Shown: positions 49,924 through 60,455 of the stretch, piece by piece | Layout of the letters: the number at the start of each line of letters is the position of its first letter | Position numbering within the stretch: the stretch's first letter is position 1 | Source of the DNA: Flectonema sp. DT1601 | Lineage: Eukaryota | Assembly (NCBI GenBank): GCA_964019425.1 | Contig: OZ025782.1 | Coordinates: forward strand, 682,001 to 746,000 | Length of the DNA stretch: 64,000 bases | Direction of reading: 5' to 3' | Notes under the pieces: model-generated | What the model saw: the letters and a program-made list of their open reading frames with translations, nothing else | Told to the model about the DNA's origin: nothing | Database searches by the model: none | Position numbers and translations under genes: made by a program

Positions 49924-50473
49924 GAAACATTAAAGATAACCTTCTTAATGAATAATAAGCTAACCACACCTGTTGTTAAATGTAAAAGGGTAATGAGAAA
50001 AACAAAAAAACAAAAAAAAACAGTTGAGCTTCGTCCGCCATTACTACTGGAAGAACGGATTCAAAACAGTGCAAAAAGTGGAGGATCATTCCATGCTGGG
50101 ATGTCAGGAGGTACTTTTTATACTTAATCACAGAAGTTGTTATTGCGGTCTGGAACTTTTACCTGACTACTGACGACTGACAAGAGTAAAGTTGCATAAC
50201 CTTGGAGTGAGGTAAAGCTTCTCATACAGTCCACGTTTACGACTCGGAAGGTTGATATGCTTACGTGAGATTAATTATTATTTTGGTTACCATAAAGTAA
50301 ATACTTTTGAATACTTGACTCACTGTCTATGAGATAGTGCGTACCATAATTATATCGTTACGGATCGCAATCACTAATCGGTTTACTCACATAGCTGACT
50401 ACGTAAGTTATCATTGATGTGATGTATCTTAGTATCAATTTATTTATAGGTCAGAAGGGCAGTCGGTAAACAA

Positions 50474-51259
50474 ATGGCGCTTGCTGGCTCCTTCCGAGGT
50501 GATTTTGAAGGAAGTGTGTTAAATAGGGGAGTTAGTGGTATGAATCCACGAAGAAAAAGAAAAAAGAAAAAAAGATCCTTACTAGAGACCGTTGGAGAAA
50601 TGACCTCAGGTGTACCACAAGAAGGAAAGTTAGGAGTGATAATCGGAGCATTATTAATTGGGCTGGTGTATAGTTGGATTCAAGTTTCTAGACAGCTGAG
50701 TGAAGTGACAACAGAACTCGAGTTGTTACAGTCGGGTGCTATTGCGCGAAAAGTAGAAACTTCAGCGATCGCAAAACTACTTTTGAGTAGAGCAAAAGAA
50801 GATATGAAATATATCTCCGTTGAGATTGAAGAGGCTCTTGGAGATACCAATGCCACACTCAAAGGAGACTCTCGAAACTTCGCATATGATGTAATCTTAC
50901 CACAAATATCAACAGCGCTTCGATTACTTTCTAACTTAACTAGAATAGCTGCACAGGGTCGTGAATATCAATTTCTTGAACGGCTTGGGGCTAAATCAAA
51001 AACTGGAGTTGGATCACCCGAATGGACCTACGCACGCGAAGAAGAAATTCGAAATATAATTGGACACCCCATTAGTACATCAGATTCTGAGTCATCTTTT
51101 AAAACTGGCTCCTCACAATTTATCCAAAACCCTTCAACCTCTTCTGGTGGAGATTCTCATTTTGAACAACTGACACCTCCTACTTCTCAACAAAGTGATA
51201 TTATGAGATTCGCTGTGATGGGACTTCTTGCTTTAATCTTAATCATAAGAGCGCTTTGA
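50474..51259 (+). CDS. Membrane protein of unknown function (two hydrophobic segments)
   Basis: 261-aa ORF with a basic cluster, TM LGVIIGALLIGLVYSW and C-terminal TM FAVMGLLALILII. Confidence 0.8.
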   Translation: MALAGSFRGDFEGSVLNRGVSGMNPRRKRKKKKRSLLETVGEMTSGVPQEGKLGVIIGALLIGLVYSWIQVSRQLSEVTTELELLQSGAIARKVETSAIAKLLLSRAKEDMKYISVEIEEALGDTNATLKGDSRNFAYDVILPQISTALRLLSNLTRIAAQGREYQFLERLGAKSKTGVGSPEWTYAREEEIRNIIGHPISTSDSESSFKTGSSQFIQNPSTSSGGDSHFEQLTPPTSQQSDIMRFAVMGLLALILIIRAL

Positions 51260-51500
51260 TTACTGTTCTGCTAGACTTAGAGAAATGCATGACTTGTCTC
51301 ACATAACTCTAATTCAACGTTTAATTTTAAGTTTTGAATACTTTTAGCAGACGGTAATAACAATAAAAATAAATAACACTATCGATTGTGTGCTTCTGGA
51401 GATCACTGTTTCAGACTTCGTTGAGTTTTAGATCCGAATTTCTTATTTTTTTAAATTTTTTTTTTTGCATTGAACAACACTACTGTTAGAGAGACAAGAT

Positions 51501-51574
51501 AATGTTGGGCAGCACGCGTAAACCTCCTTTAGCTGTATCAGTTAAAGGAGGTTCACGGTTTTCGTGCACAGAAC
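51501..51574. repeat. Hairpin repeat family B, copy 2 (intact stem-loop)
   Basis: 15-bp stem AACCTCCTTTAGCTG/CAGTTAAAGGAGGTT (one G-U pair) closed by an outer GCACG/CGTGC stem. Confidence 0.75.
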
Positions 51575-51998
51575 AAAACATAGACAGTGTTATATTATGA
51601 TTTTCTGTTTGGTTTTAAGTTAAGACCGATTCTTTTTTTTGCATTTCTTAGTAGTCTATCTCTATTCGAGGGGGGGAAAGAAATGCACTAACTTCATAGC
51701 ATAACACAGTGACATAGTGGCGAGGCTTGTATTATTTAGTTATTGTTTGGTTTTATTTATTTATTTTTATTTTCTGTTTTTCTTAAAGATCTATTGGAAG
51801 ATCAAAAAAAAAAATTTTTTTTTTGGCGGGACATGGAATCCTTTCTTGCTCTCACAGTCTGTAGTTTTTTCGTGCGCATAAAAATTGCACGTAAATGTAA
51901 AGAAAGAAAAAATTATTACATTGTGAGAAAATGTCAACACTAGCAGCATTAAGGCCTCCTGGTATAGTTATTTTAAACAGTTTTATATAAACAACAAC

Positions 51999-52340
51999 AT
52001 GTCAACCGTTCCGTACTCTGGTGCAGCAGGACAGCTCAGCTACAGGAGAGAGATTGAGGGTGGTGAAGCCACTCACCCAAACTATTTCAGAGCGAGAATG
52101 GGTGACGAGGAGTTACGTTTATCTGCTGAGAATCACACCAGACACTCTCAACTTGATGCTGCTCACTTTGCATCTCAGCAGCAAAGTGAAGATGTCTGGA
52201 CTCATAGAATGAGAGCCATGCACCAACCACTACACAACAGAATTACAGATGAGAGAGCTGTCTATGTAGCACCTGCACCATATCCACAGTCGTACTCTCC
52301 TTGTAGAGATGGACCTAGAGCACCGAACTCATACATGTGA
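51999..52340 (+). CDS. Small hypothetical protein (113 aa)
   Basis: Homopolymer-free ORF with coding-like composition; acceptor AAACAG ends at 51980. Confidence 0.75.
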   Translation: MSTVPYSGAAGQLSYRREIEGGEATHPNYFRARMGDEELRLSAENHTRHSQLDAAHFASQQQSEDVWTHRMRAMHQPLHNRITDERAVYVAPAPYPQSYSPCRDGPRAPNSYM

Positions 52341-52631
52341 TCTGCCATGGCTGGTGATGAATTGCCATTTGTGCTTTTGGACAGCAAATTCTATCTTAGT
52401 ACTTTTCTCGTTCAGTGTGTGAACGATGAGGATGAAGGAAACTGAATAAAGAAAACAAACGAAAAAATAATATTTTTGTGTAGAAAACATTTCCTCTCTT
52501 TTTATCTGTATTCCTCAAAGGAGTTGTTGTACCTGTTCACTTTGTTTTTAAAATCTGTAGTCCTTGTTATTATTGTGACTCAAGTCATGTTGTAGATTAT
52601 TAATTATATTTCTCAGTGATATCGCCTCAAG

Positions 52632-53963
52632 ATGGGGTGTTCCAACTCTACTCCTCAGAAAGATCCAGTGCGGAGTAAGAAGCCACTGAAGCCACTAAAA
52701 GTCTCACCTGTCACAGTAAAAGAAGTGATAAAACCTACGGAGGAAGTAGAGCAGGAAAACATCAGTCTACCAACACCACCGGAACCAAAACCAGAACTTA
52801 AAAACCTCGTAGTTATTGATGATGAGAATAGAAGGGAATCATGTTTCTCAGTAGAAGATCCCGAACTGAAAGCAGCACTAGCTGCCAGCACTGCTATGAT
52901 AGCAACGGGTGGTGCATGGGAAGAGTGGAATGATCTTGAGACACAAGGAAGCTCATCGATAAGTGAAGAAGAAGAAACACCAAAGGATGCACTCGCTGTA
53001 CTACTTCCAAGTGTTAGAGCAGTCCTGGTGGGAAGTGTAATATGTTCAGCAAACTTTGAGGAGGTACTTCATGAAATGGGTGAATCAGGGAACGTACTTC
53101 GCGAACTCTGTGAGGACTTCACCAGCAGACTTTCCCGATCTCAAAAACGCTCTTGGGAACAAGTCCTACTCGGATCCTTAGATCCTTCCTTTGAGAACGC
53201 AGAAGAGGAGTTTGGATTCGGCTGCCGCACTGGCGGACTACTACAAGGAGATGAATCTCAATTACTAACTTTCTTAACAAAAGAAGTTGGTGTAACATGG
53301 TATCTATATGCTGGCTTCTGTGGAAATGCCACCAACAGAGAAGCTCTTCTCGAAGCTAACGAAGTCTGGTGTAAAAAGTTTGGTTGGGCACAAGGTTCCT
53401 CAACAGAAGTACAAGAACAAAGAGTACAAAAGAGATTATTTAAAGTAATGGATTGGAATCTTGATAAACAATATGAAGGTAAATGTGATGAAATGATCAG
53501 AGCAAGAGATTCATTCCTGTCTGAAATAACAGAATTGTTTGGGTCTGATAGGACTGCTAACCTTCAGAGGATTGATGTCTACTTACTTGAGATTATGACA
53601 ATCTGTAGAGCGAGTATGTCTCGTGTTCCTACTAACTTAACAGCAGATGAGGTTCGTGTTGAATATCAGCACATTGTCAGGGTTTCATTGGAGAATGCGT
53701 ATCGTAAAATTAACAAATGGGAAGCAAAACATGCTGACACCACAATTTCGAAATTTTCAAATGAAGTAATTGGTCTCATGGAAGGCTTCGTTGCGTTACT
53801 TGATCACTTCAGCTTCGCCGGTGGTGAGTTAAATGATTCCGCGAGTCTATTGTCGCCATGTATCATCCCTTCATCTCCATTTGATCAATCCCGTAAGTCT
53901 ACTCGACTTGAAGAGAGTAAAAAAGGTTTTGAGAGTTTTGCCATCCTGCGACGAGTAACATAA
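52632..53963 (+). CDS. Dually acylated (MGCxxS) helical protein of unknown function
   Basis: 443-aa ORF starting MGCSNS, a myristoylation plus palmitoylation motif. Confidence 0.85.
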   Translation: MGCSNSTPQKDPVRSKKPLKPLKVSPVTVKEVIKPTEEVEQENISLPTPPEPKPELKNLVVIDDENRRESCFSVEDPELKAALAASTAMIATGGAWEEWNDLETQGSSSISEEEETPKDALAVLLPSVRAVLVGSVICSANFEEVLHEMGESGNVLRELCEDFTSRLSRSQKRSWEQVLLGSLDPSFENAEEEFGFGCRTGGLLQGDESQLLTFLTKEVGVTWYLYAGFCGNATNREALLEANEVWCKKFGWAQGSSTEVQEQRVQKRLFKVMDWNLDKQYEGKCDEMIRARDSFLSEITELFGSDRTANLQRIDVYLLEIMTICRASMSRVPTNLTADEVRVEYQHIVRVSLENAYRKINKWEAKHADTTISKFSNEVIGLMEGFVALLDHFSFAGGELNDSASLLSPCIIPSSPFDQSRKSTRLEESKKGFESFAILRRVT

Positions 53964-54822
53964 AAAAAAAAAGAAAAGGAAATTAAGTTGTATTACGTTA
54001 TAGTTCGCATTACTGTTTATATATAAATATATTTTTTTTCTTTTCGTTATATATAACTACGAGCCGCTGTGTTCTCAAAGCTGCAGGGCTTTCTGTTTGC
54101 TATTCACATCGTTAACGTGTTGGCCCGCTGTGAGCTCAAAGTACTGACTACCCTAACCTAAGGTAAAGCGATGCTGTATTCCTTACAAGTAGCTATTCTT
54201 ATTGTATTTGAGTGACTTCAGGTAGGCAAACACGTTTGCTATGTTAACTGAACATAGGTTTATATTTCTTGTCTTTTCTTCGATATTCAAAAGATGTCGT
54301 TTTTTTCTTCTTCTTTTTCCTCTTCTTTTTTGAAAGTGATCTTGAAAAGCCGATTTTACTTTACGACATCTTCTTCTTCGCAATTTGCGCATACGAATTG
54401 CGTACGAAGAATGAGCTCCAGTCTTGGATTTCTTGCAATGCTTCTTCTCCTTTGTGCAGCCTCTGGTTAGAGTGAGGCCCCAAGTTTGTATCCGAGTGTA
54501 TAGTGCAGTAAGGTTTCGAAGTTCCTTTCTGTAATCCAAGCTTTTTTTTTTTTTTTTTTTTTTTTATATTTATGCCCGCAGCTGGTTATTATTTTTTAAT
54601 AATCACTTCAGTGAGTGTTTTGTCATTTTTTTTTTTTTTTTTTGAAGATTTTCCTTTTCTTTTTATTTGAAAAAACATTATTGAAAAGGAAAAAGTCTTC
54701 TTATACTCCATATCAAGGGTTCAGCTACTTGATGGCTATAGTTTTTTTTTTTTTCACTATTAGCTTTTAGTTTTTATTTTTAAACCTCTGCGTACGTGAG
54801 ATACCTTAGTAATATATTTTGG

Positions 54823-55112
54823 GGAGAAGAAACTGTCAAGATTACAGAGCCATTTATTTATTATGTTTAATGTTTGTCAATTTCCCTGTGTGTTAAGTGC
54901 TGCTGTCTGTGATCAACAAGTTCTTAGGCTTTATCTGAATGGTTTTTTTCTTCTTTTTTTTTTTCTTGCACCGACAAAGTCGGAGAAGAAACTATTCAGA
55001 TTAAAGAGCCGTTTTATTTATTAGTTGTCAAAAATGTTATCTATTATTCCCTGTGCCGCCAGTAGTACTGTCTGTGATCAGTAACATATACAAGGCTTTT
55101 ACTGAATGGTTT
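54823..55112. mobile_element. Repeat family A, copies 3 (partial, 54823-54945) and 4 (54968-55112), head-to-tail
   Basis: Both contain GGAGAAGAAACT..AGATTA.AGAGCC..TTTATTTATTA...CTGTCTGTGATCA...GGCTTT...CTGAATGGTTT. Confidence 0.75.
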
Positions 55113-56036
55113 TTTTTTCTTCTCTCTTTTTTTTTTTTTTTTTCTTCTGGTGGTAGTTTATTGTAAAAATAATGTCATCAGTCATGGGTTCTTGCGGATG
55201 TTTCAAAGGGCGAAGCTTTGCTTTTCCAAGAAGCTTGGTGTTTATATAAAGGTGAGTCCATCTCAATGGTGAGTTACGGATGCCGATTTTAACCTGTCGT
55301 TGAGTCAAGCAGGACTTCGTTGAAGTTTTGCATGTGTCATTGCTATTCGATAATAGCTTGCTTGATAAGACGTCTTTGAGATCATTTATTTATTTATTTA
55401 TTTTTTAAAATTTAGTTTGCGCATGCGAACTTTAAATTTTTAAAAAAAAAAAAGAAAATAATAATAATTAAGCATCCAATCTTTAGGTCTTATGTTCCAT
55501 TTTTGTTTCCCAGATTCTGTTTGTATTGGACAAGCAACAAGCAACCTTTTTTCTTTTCGCTTTTTTTTTTTTCTTTCTTCTCTTTTCTCCCATGTTTTAC
55601 TAGAGAAAGAGAATTGTGGCAGGCGTAACGCTAACATCCTTATTTTATAGGCTTGTTTCCGGTTGCGCATAAACAACTGTGAGGGCGATTATTTATTAAA
55701 AAGTTATAAAAAGCTTAAGCACGCAACTATTTTGTGTTATATTTCGCGTAAATTGTTTAATCCATTCGGAAACGGCTACGGATTGGGTCCTTCGTTGCTG
55801 TGAGTTATTATAGAGCACTCATAATATGCAGCAATGTTGGATTAAATAACTAATAAACTCATAATCTAAATACGTATGGTTGTGCTTTGTTTTGCTGACG
55901 AGACTGCCTTATTTTTTCCCCTTCCTTCCTTTTTTTTTTTTTAATATTTATTTATTCAATTGTTGCAGAATTAAAAAAAAAAAAAAAAAAGAATTTCTTT
56001 TCCCCAATTCCATTTTTTTTTTTTTTTTTGGAAAAG

Positions 56037-56757
56037 GGTAATGGTCTAAAATACACCAAGACAAAAGTGGCCCAAAATTTAGCGAAAAACTGTTGTGGAC
56101 ACCGACCTGAGTGTGGTCTCAACCTCATAGCTTGGTATGGGGATGACGAATTTTGTGGGCGACTTGAAAATGTATTACTCACGCAAGCGGTGTAACCACT
56201 TATATTATCAGAAGTGCATCATGGGCTCTAAACATGAATCGTTGGAATTGTAATCCAGCTCTGTATTTGTGTTGAGATGGGCCATACTCTGCTACACGTC
56301 TTACTATCCGAGATGAGATGTGATATGAGAGCATAGAAATCGAGTAGTGTTCTCAAGTTTGAGATCACCTCACTGAGCCACACAGTACTGTCCTTTTCGC
56401 AGTTTCTGTGAAGTTGCTCACGAAGCATTTAATCAGATAAACTGTCACTGACTTTCACTTGATTAGTTAACAACAAAGTGGGAGGAGGATACTAAAAGGT
56501 TGATTTATCCGAAAGCTTGCGGAGTTAAGATTTTCTTAACCTGGGGGTAAATAAAAGGTTTTGCTCCCAAAAAGAGGGCAAGAATACATTTTATACCCCC
56601 CCTATGAGATGCAAAGATAATTCTTTAATAAGAACATCAACTTCCCGTTGTCCATTTCTGGCTATTTTCATAGGTTCAGGTTTAGAGGGATTGTCGGACT
56701 CGGTGACCCTGTATGTCGCAAGGGTTGGGCCATTCTGGTGTATTTTAGGCCACTGCC
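56037..56757. mobile_element. Putative decayed TIR element (~720 bp) with ~60-70-bp imperfect inverted termini
   Basis: GGTAATGGTCTAAAATACACCA...TGGCCCAA...GCGA...CACCGA versus the inverse of TCGGTG...TCGC...TTGGGCCA...TGGTGTATTTTAGGCCACTGCC. The ORF track shows LVYFRPLP on both strands. Confidence 0.65.
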
Positions 56758-58026
56758 TAAAAATGGGGAAAAAAAAAAAAAGAACAACTATAAAGCTGTG
56801 ATGTATTCTTTTAAAGCTGTGCAGTTTACTAAGTCGAGTCTTACTGACTGCATGGGTATAATGGCAGCACTGTTTTTTGTATTAGTAAAATGTGAATAAA
56901 GGAACTATTTTGAACATTTTTTTTGTGTAGATTTTTTTTTTTTTTTTTTGTTTTAATAAAAAATAGTTAGTTTGTACGAACCTATCTTTAAGAGACCATA
57001 AAGGATAGCGGAATTCTTGTTTTGATTCTTTCTGTCAGTACCTCTGTTCTGGTTCACTATCACGTTTCTGTGTATTTTTTGTGTCTCACGTTACTGATGT
57101 GTTTTGTTGTTTTGGTTTTGTCTTTGTTTATGTTAGTTTTTCCCGAGAAATCCTTTCTTTCCACGTTGCGTGTTTTTCTTCTTTAGTTTCAGCAATTATT
57201 TTAAAAAGAAAAATAAACATAAATTTAAGCTGATTGGAGACTAACAATCGTGTTGTTTGTTGCTGCTGAAACAGTTGTCGATATTTCACCTGATTTTGTG
57301 CAGTCGCTGTATTCAACTTAGTTGTAGTCAGAGTATCCTTTTAACTATTAATTTCTGAAAAAAAAAAAAAGAAAAAAAAAATTGTACTAAACTTTTCACT
57401 GTTTTTATTAAAAAAGAAGTTGATTATAGGAACTTTTTATTAAAAAAAAAACGTGATTATTGGGAGACGGAAAGGATGTTATAGCAAGCGTAGCAATCTT
57501 CTGGCTATTTTTTTTCCTTGGGGAAAAAAAAAAAAAAAAAAAGTCAGCTGTACCAGTTTTATCAAATAAAAAAGTTCTGATCAAGGTTATATCTGTAAGT
57601 CGTTTTTTTTTTTTCATTCTTCTTTTTGCTGCTAGGGTTACGTTTTTGAACCAGTTACGTACCCTGTCAGCTATTGCAAAATTACCATTTTTTTTTTTTT
57701 CCCTCTTTACGTGCGATTTGTACTGCTGCCTAGCAGCATACATCAAAGTAGTAAAAGTTTTCAAGTACGACAAGCTTGATTTTCGTTCGAGCGTCCTATT
57801 AGGAATTTATAAATAGAGATTATTCGATGATGAAATCTCAAGTTCTTGTTTTGTCTTTATTCCGATTTGGTTATCGTTTTCAGTTTTCTTTACAGGAATA
57901 CATAATAGTGGAATGTAAATATTCTTTATATTTTTTTTTCTTCTTTTAACAAAAAAAAAACTAAAAGAAGTATTATTTCACAGTCTCACTTGTAATTTCC
58001 TTCCCCTTAGAAGTTGTCCGTTTAAG

Positions 58027-58219
58027 ATGTTCGGCACAATCGGTAATATGTTTCTATGCGCACCGTGCTCACCGGTGTTTATTGCGGGTATCGCTTACGC
58101 GATTAAAAGAAGACCTGTTCCTATGTCAAATATGTACCTACCAATAGCGATGGGTACCACGGCTGCCACTGGTATTTTGCTGAACAATGTATGTAGTCTT
58201 GAATCCAACAAAAAAACAA

Positions 58220-58251
<32 letters not shown>

Positions 58252-58315
58252 TTAAAAATAGGAATTCGCCACTGAGGCGTCAAGTTATGGCAGCAGAGCT
58301 CTGTCTTGGTGGTAA
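58027..58315 (+). CDS. Small hydrophobic protein (71 aa); 2 exons
   Basis: Exon 1 58027-58188, intron 58189-58261 (GTATGT...ATAG), exon 2 EFATEASSYGSRALSWW*. Confidence 0.7.
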
Positions 58316-58623
58316 GCATTATTAGGAGTGCTATATCAGTTTCATATTTGACTTTTTTTTTTCTTTTTTCTTATTTGTTTCTTTTTACGGACCCTCACTA
58401 ACGTAGTTAATACAAAACGAGTAGGGGCACTGCGGTGTTTTTTTTTTTTTTAAATTTTATTTTTAAGTGTATTTTACAACCGCGTTTGGGATTTTTCTTT
58501 TTTTTTTTAAATTGTTATTTTGTTGTGTCTTCATGTTGGGTATCGGGATTTCTTTTTTTAAATGATTCGTGAGAACTGTTGTTTATTATACTAATTGGCC
58601 CATCAGATGGCAGCTGGAATAAA

Positions 58624-60177
58624 ATGTCGTCAAATCTTGGTTTAGTTCTTGGGGGTGAGACAGGGAAGCGACCACTTACAGATCCAAAGTGGCGCTTATC
58701 AAGAAACCTGTCAAGGATTTACGATCTACTAACACGTGTTGTTAAGGATAACCAAGCAGAAATAAAGCAAATGGCAAGAAGTGCTACTGCGTTAAACAGA
58801 AGGAATGATTCTCGTAGTATCAGACAGAGGCTTTCTGCTACAGTAACTGAGAATAAAGAAAATATTACACCAATACTACGAGCGATGTCAGAATGTAAGA
58901 TTGGTTTGGCTCGTTGGGGAGAGATACTAAGAGAATGCGGATCAATTATACGACACTACTTTAATAACGAAGAAAAGCTTTCTGAATGGTTCCCACAGTT
59001 TGACTCGATGAATATCACATCAACATCATGTGGAGCTCCAACACTTAGAAGTTTTCTCCTAAGTGAACGTGCTGATGTTTGGTCTGATGTTGTGTGGAAA
59101 GAGGGCTGCATCGGTCATGCTCCAGCAACGGTATCTTCGAACCCTCAAATGTTGTTAGATGTGGATGTTCCGGCAACACTTAAAAAATTAAAATCTGAAC
59201 TACTAACATCTCGAGCCTTTGAATTATCTCTCAGATCAGGTGACCTGGTCCTGTCAGATGTAGAGTACTTCACATCAGCTGTAATAAATAGAATTACTGA
59301 TTCAAGGAATGGAAACCTTGATGGTTCTTCTCTCTCTTCAATTGTCAAGAATTCAGTTTGGGATTTTATTCATACCATTGAGTGGAAAGATTTAGTTAAT
59401 ACGCTTCCTTGGAAAGATTCTGATCTCCTGCTGCTATTAGGTGGTAGCGAGTCAGATATAAATATTTTATTATTAAATTGTACTCTCAGTAATGAAGATT
59501 CAATTTTCACTTTAATTCAACTAGTGAAGTCTTCGTCGCATTGGAAATCACTTTTAAAACTGCTGGAATATCATTTTAGTACAAAAACTGTTTCATATCA
59601 CGACACGTATGCTGTTCGAAAACTTATAAAAGATGTTAGTCGTGATGACCCTGATCGTAACAACATGACAACGAAACTAATGTTGCGGCTTATCAAATTC
59701 CGAACTATTCTAATAGCTTCTATTGTTTCATTAAAAGACATGTCTTCACTCTTAAGTAAAGAAAATATTGACCACACAATACTCTATGATGATAATGTGA
59801 CTTCTCAAGGTTGTGATCATGACGATGATGAAGATCCGATGGCATCCTACATATTAAAAGAACGGAAATCTGAAAAAAAACGTTTAAAAGCCAAAAAAGA
59901 AGAGAAGAAGAAAAGCAAACGAGAGTCAAAGAGGGTTCGCCATAATACAGGTTCGAGTAATGATGATAAAGAGAAAGAGAAGGATGATAATAACGATGAA
60001 TTATGTGTTGATGTTAAGCGAATGAAAGGAAATCCTATCAGTGACCCAAAGCAGACAGAAGACGTCATTGATCCAACACCAGCTGATAAGGAAATCTCCG
60101 CCATCCAATTACATGATGGGTCTAAACTGACAGCCTTTGACTTCCCTCGATGGGCACAGTCGAGATTCCAAAAGTAG
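58624..60177 (+). CDS. Hypothetical helical protein with a K/E/D-rich C-terminus
   Basis: Long ORF starting MSSNLG; bipartite basic tract near the C-terminus. Confidence 0.8.
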   Translation: MSSNLGLVLGGETGKRPLTDPKWRLSRNLSRIYDLLTRVVKDNQAEIKQMARSATALNRRNDSRSIRQRLSATVTENKENITPILRAMSECKIGLARWGEILRECGSIIRHYFNNEEKLSEWFPQFDSMNITSTSCGAPTLRSFLLSERADVWSDVVWKEGCIGHAPATVSSNPQMLLDVDVPATLKKLKSELLTSRAFELSLRSGDLVLSDVEYFTSAVINRITDSRNGNLDGSSLSSIVKNSVWDFIHTIEWKDLVNTLPWKDSDLLLLLGGSESDINILLLNCTLSNEDSIFTLIQLVKSSSHWKSLLKLLEYHFSTKTVSYHDTYAVRKLIKDVSRDDPDRNNMTTKLMLRLIKFRTILIASIVSLKDMSSLLSKENIDHTILYDDNVTSQGCDHDDDEDPMASYILKERKSEKKRLKAKKEEKKKSKRESKRVRHNTGSSNDDKEKEKDDNNDELCVDVKRMKGNPISDPKQTEDVIDPTPADKEISAIQLHDGSKLTAFDFPRWAQSRFQK

Positions 60178-60455
60178 TTCAACCACGAAAAGTAAGAGCA
60201 GCAATAGCTTTTTAAAACATAATTCACCTCTTAAGGTGCTACATGATGAAAAAAAACATCGGACAGCAATTTAGTCAATATGGAATTATATAAATTAAAC
60301 ATTATTACATTTCACAAGAAATGGGCCTACCATTTTACAACTTTAAGAAGACGATGTCGTATGAATTGGTGATTGCTGCTGCTTTGTTTTATTTTATTAT
60401 TTTTGACGGATAATATTATTTTACTTTCCCCCTTCTCAGAATAGAACATTCAGCA

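Noticed and set aside
54920..54985. Resemblance of repeat family A to the Cas9 tracrRNA scaffold (AAGGCT...GCACCGA..GTCGG) or to a CRISPR array
   Set aside because: Short coincidental words; no repeat-spacer periodicity or Cas/TnpB/Fanzor ORF; eukaryotic context.
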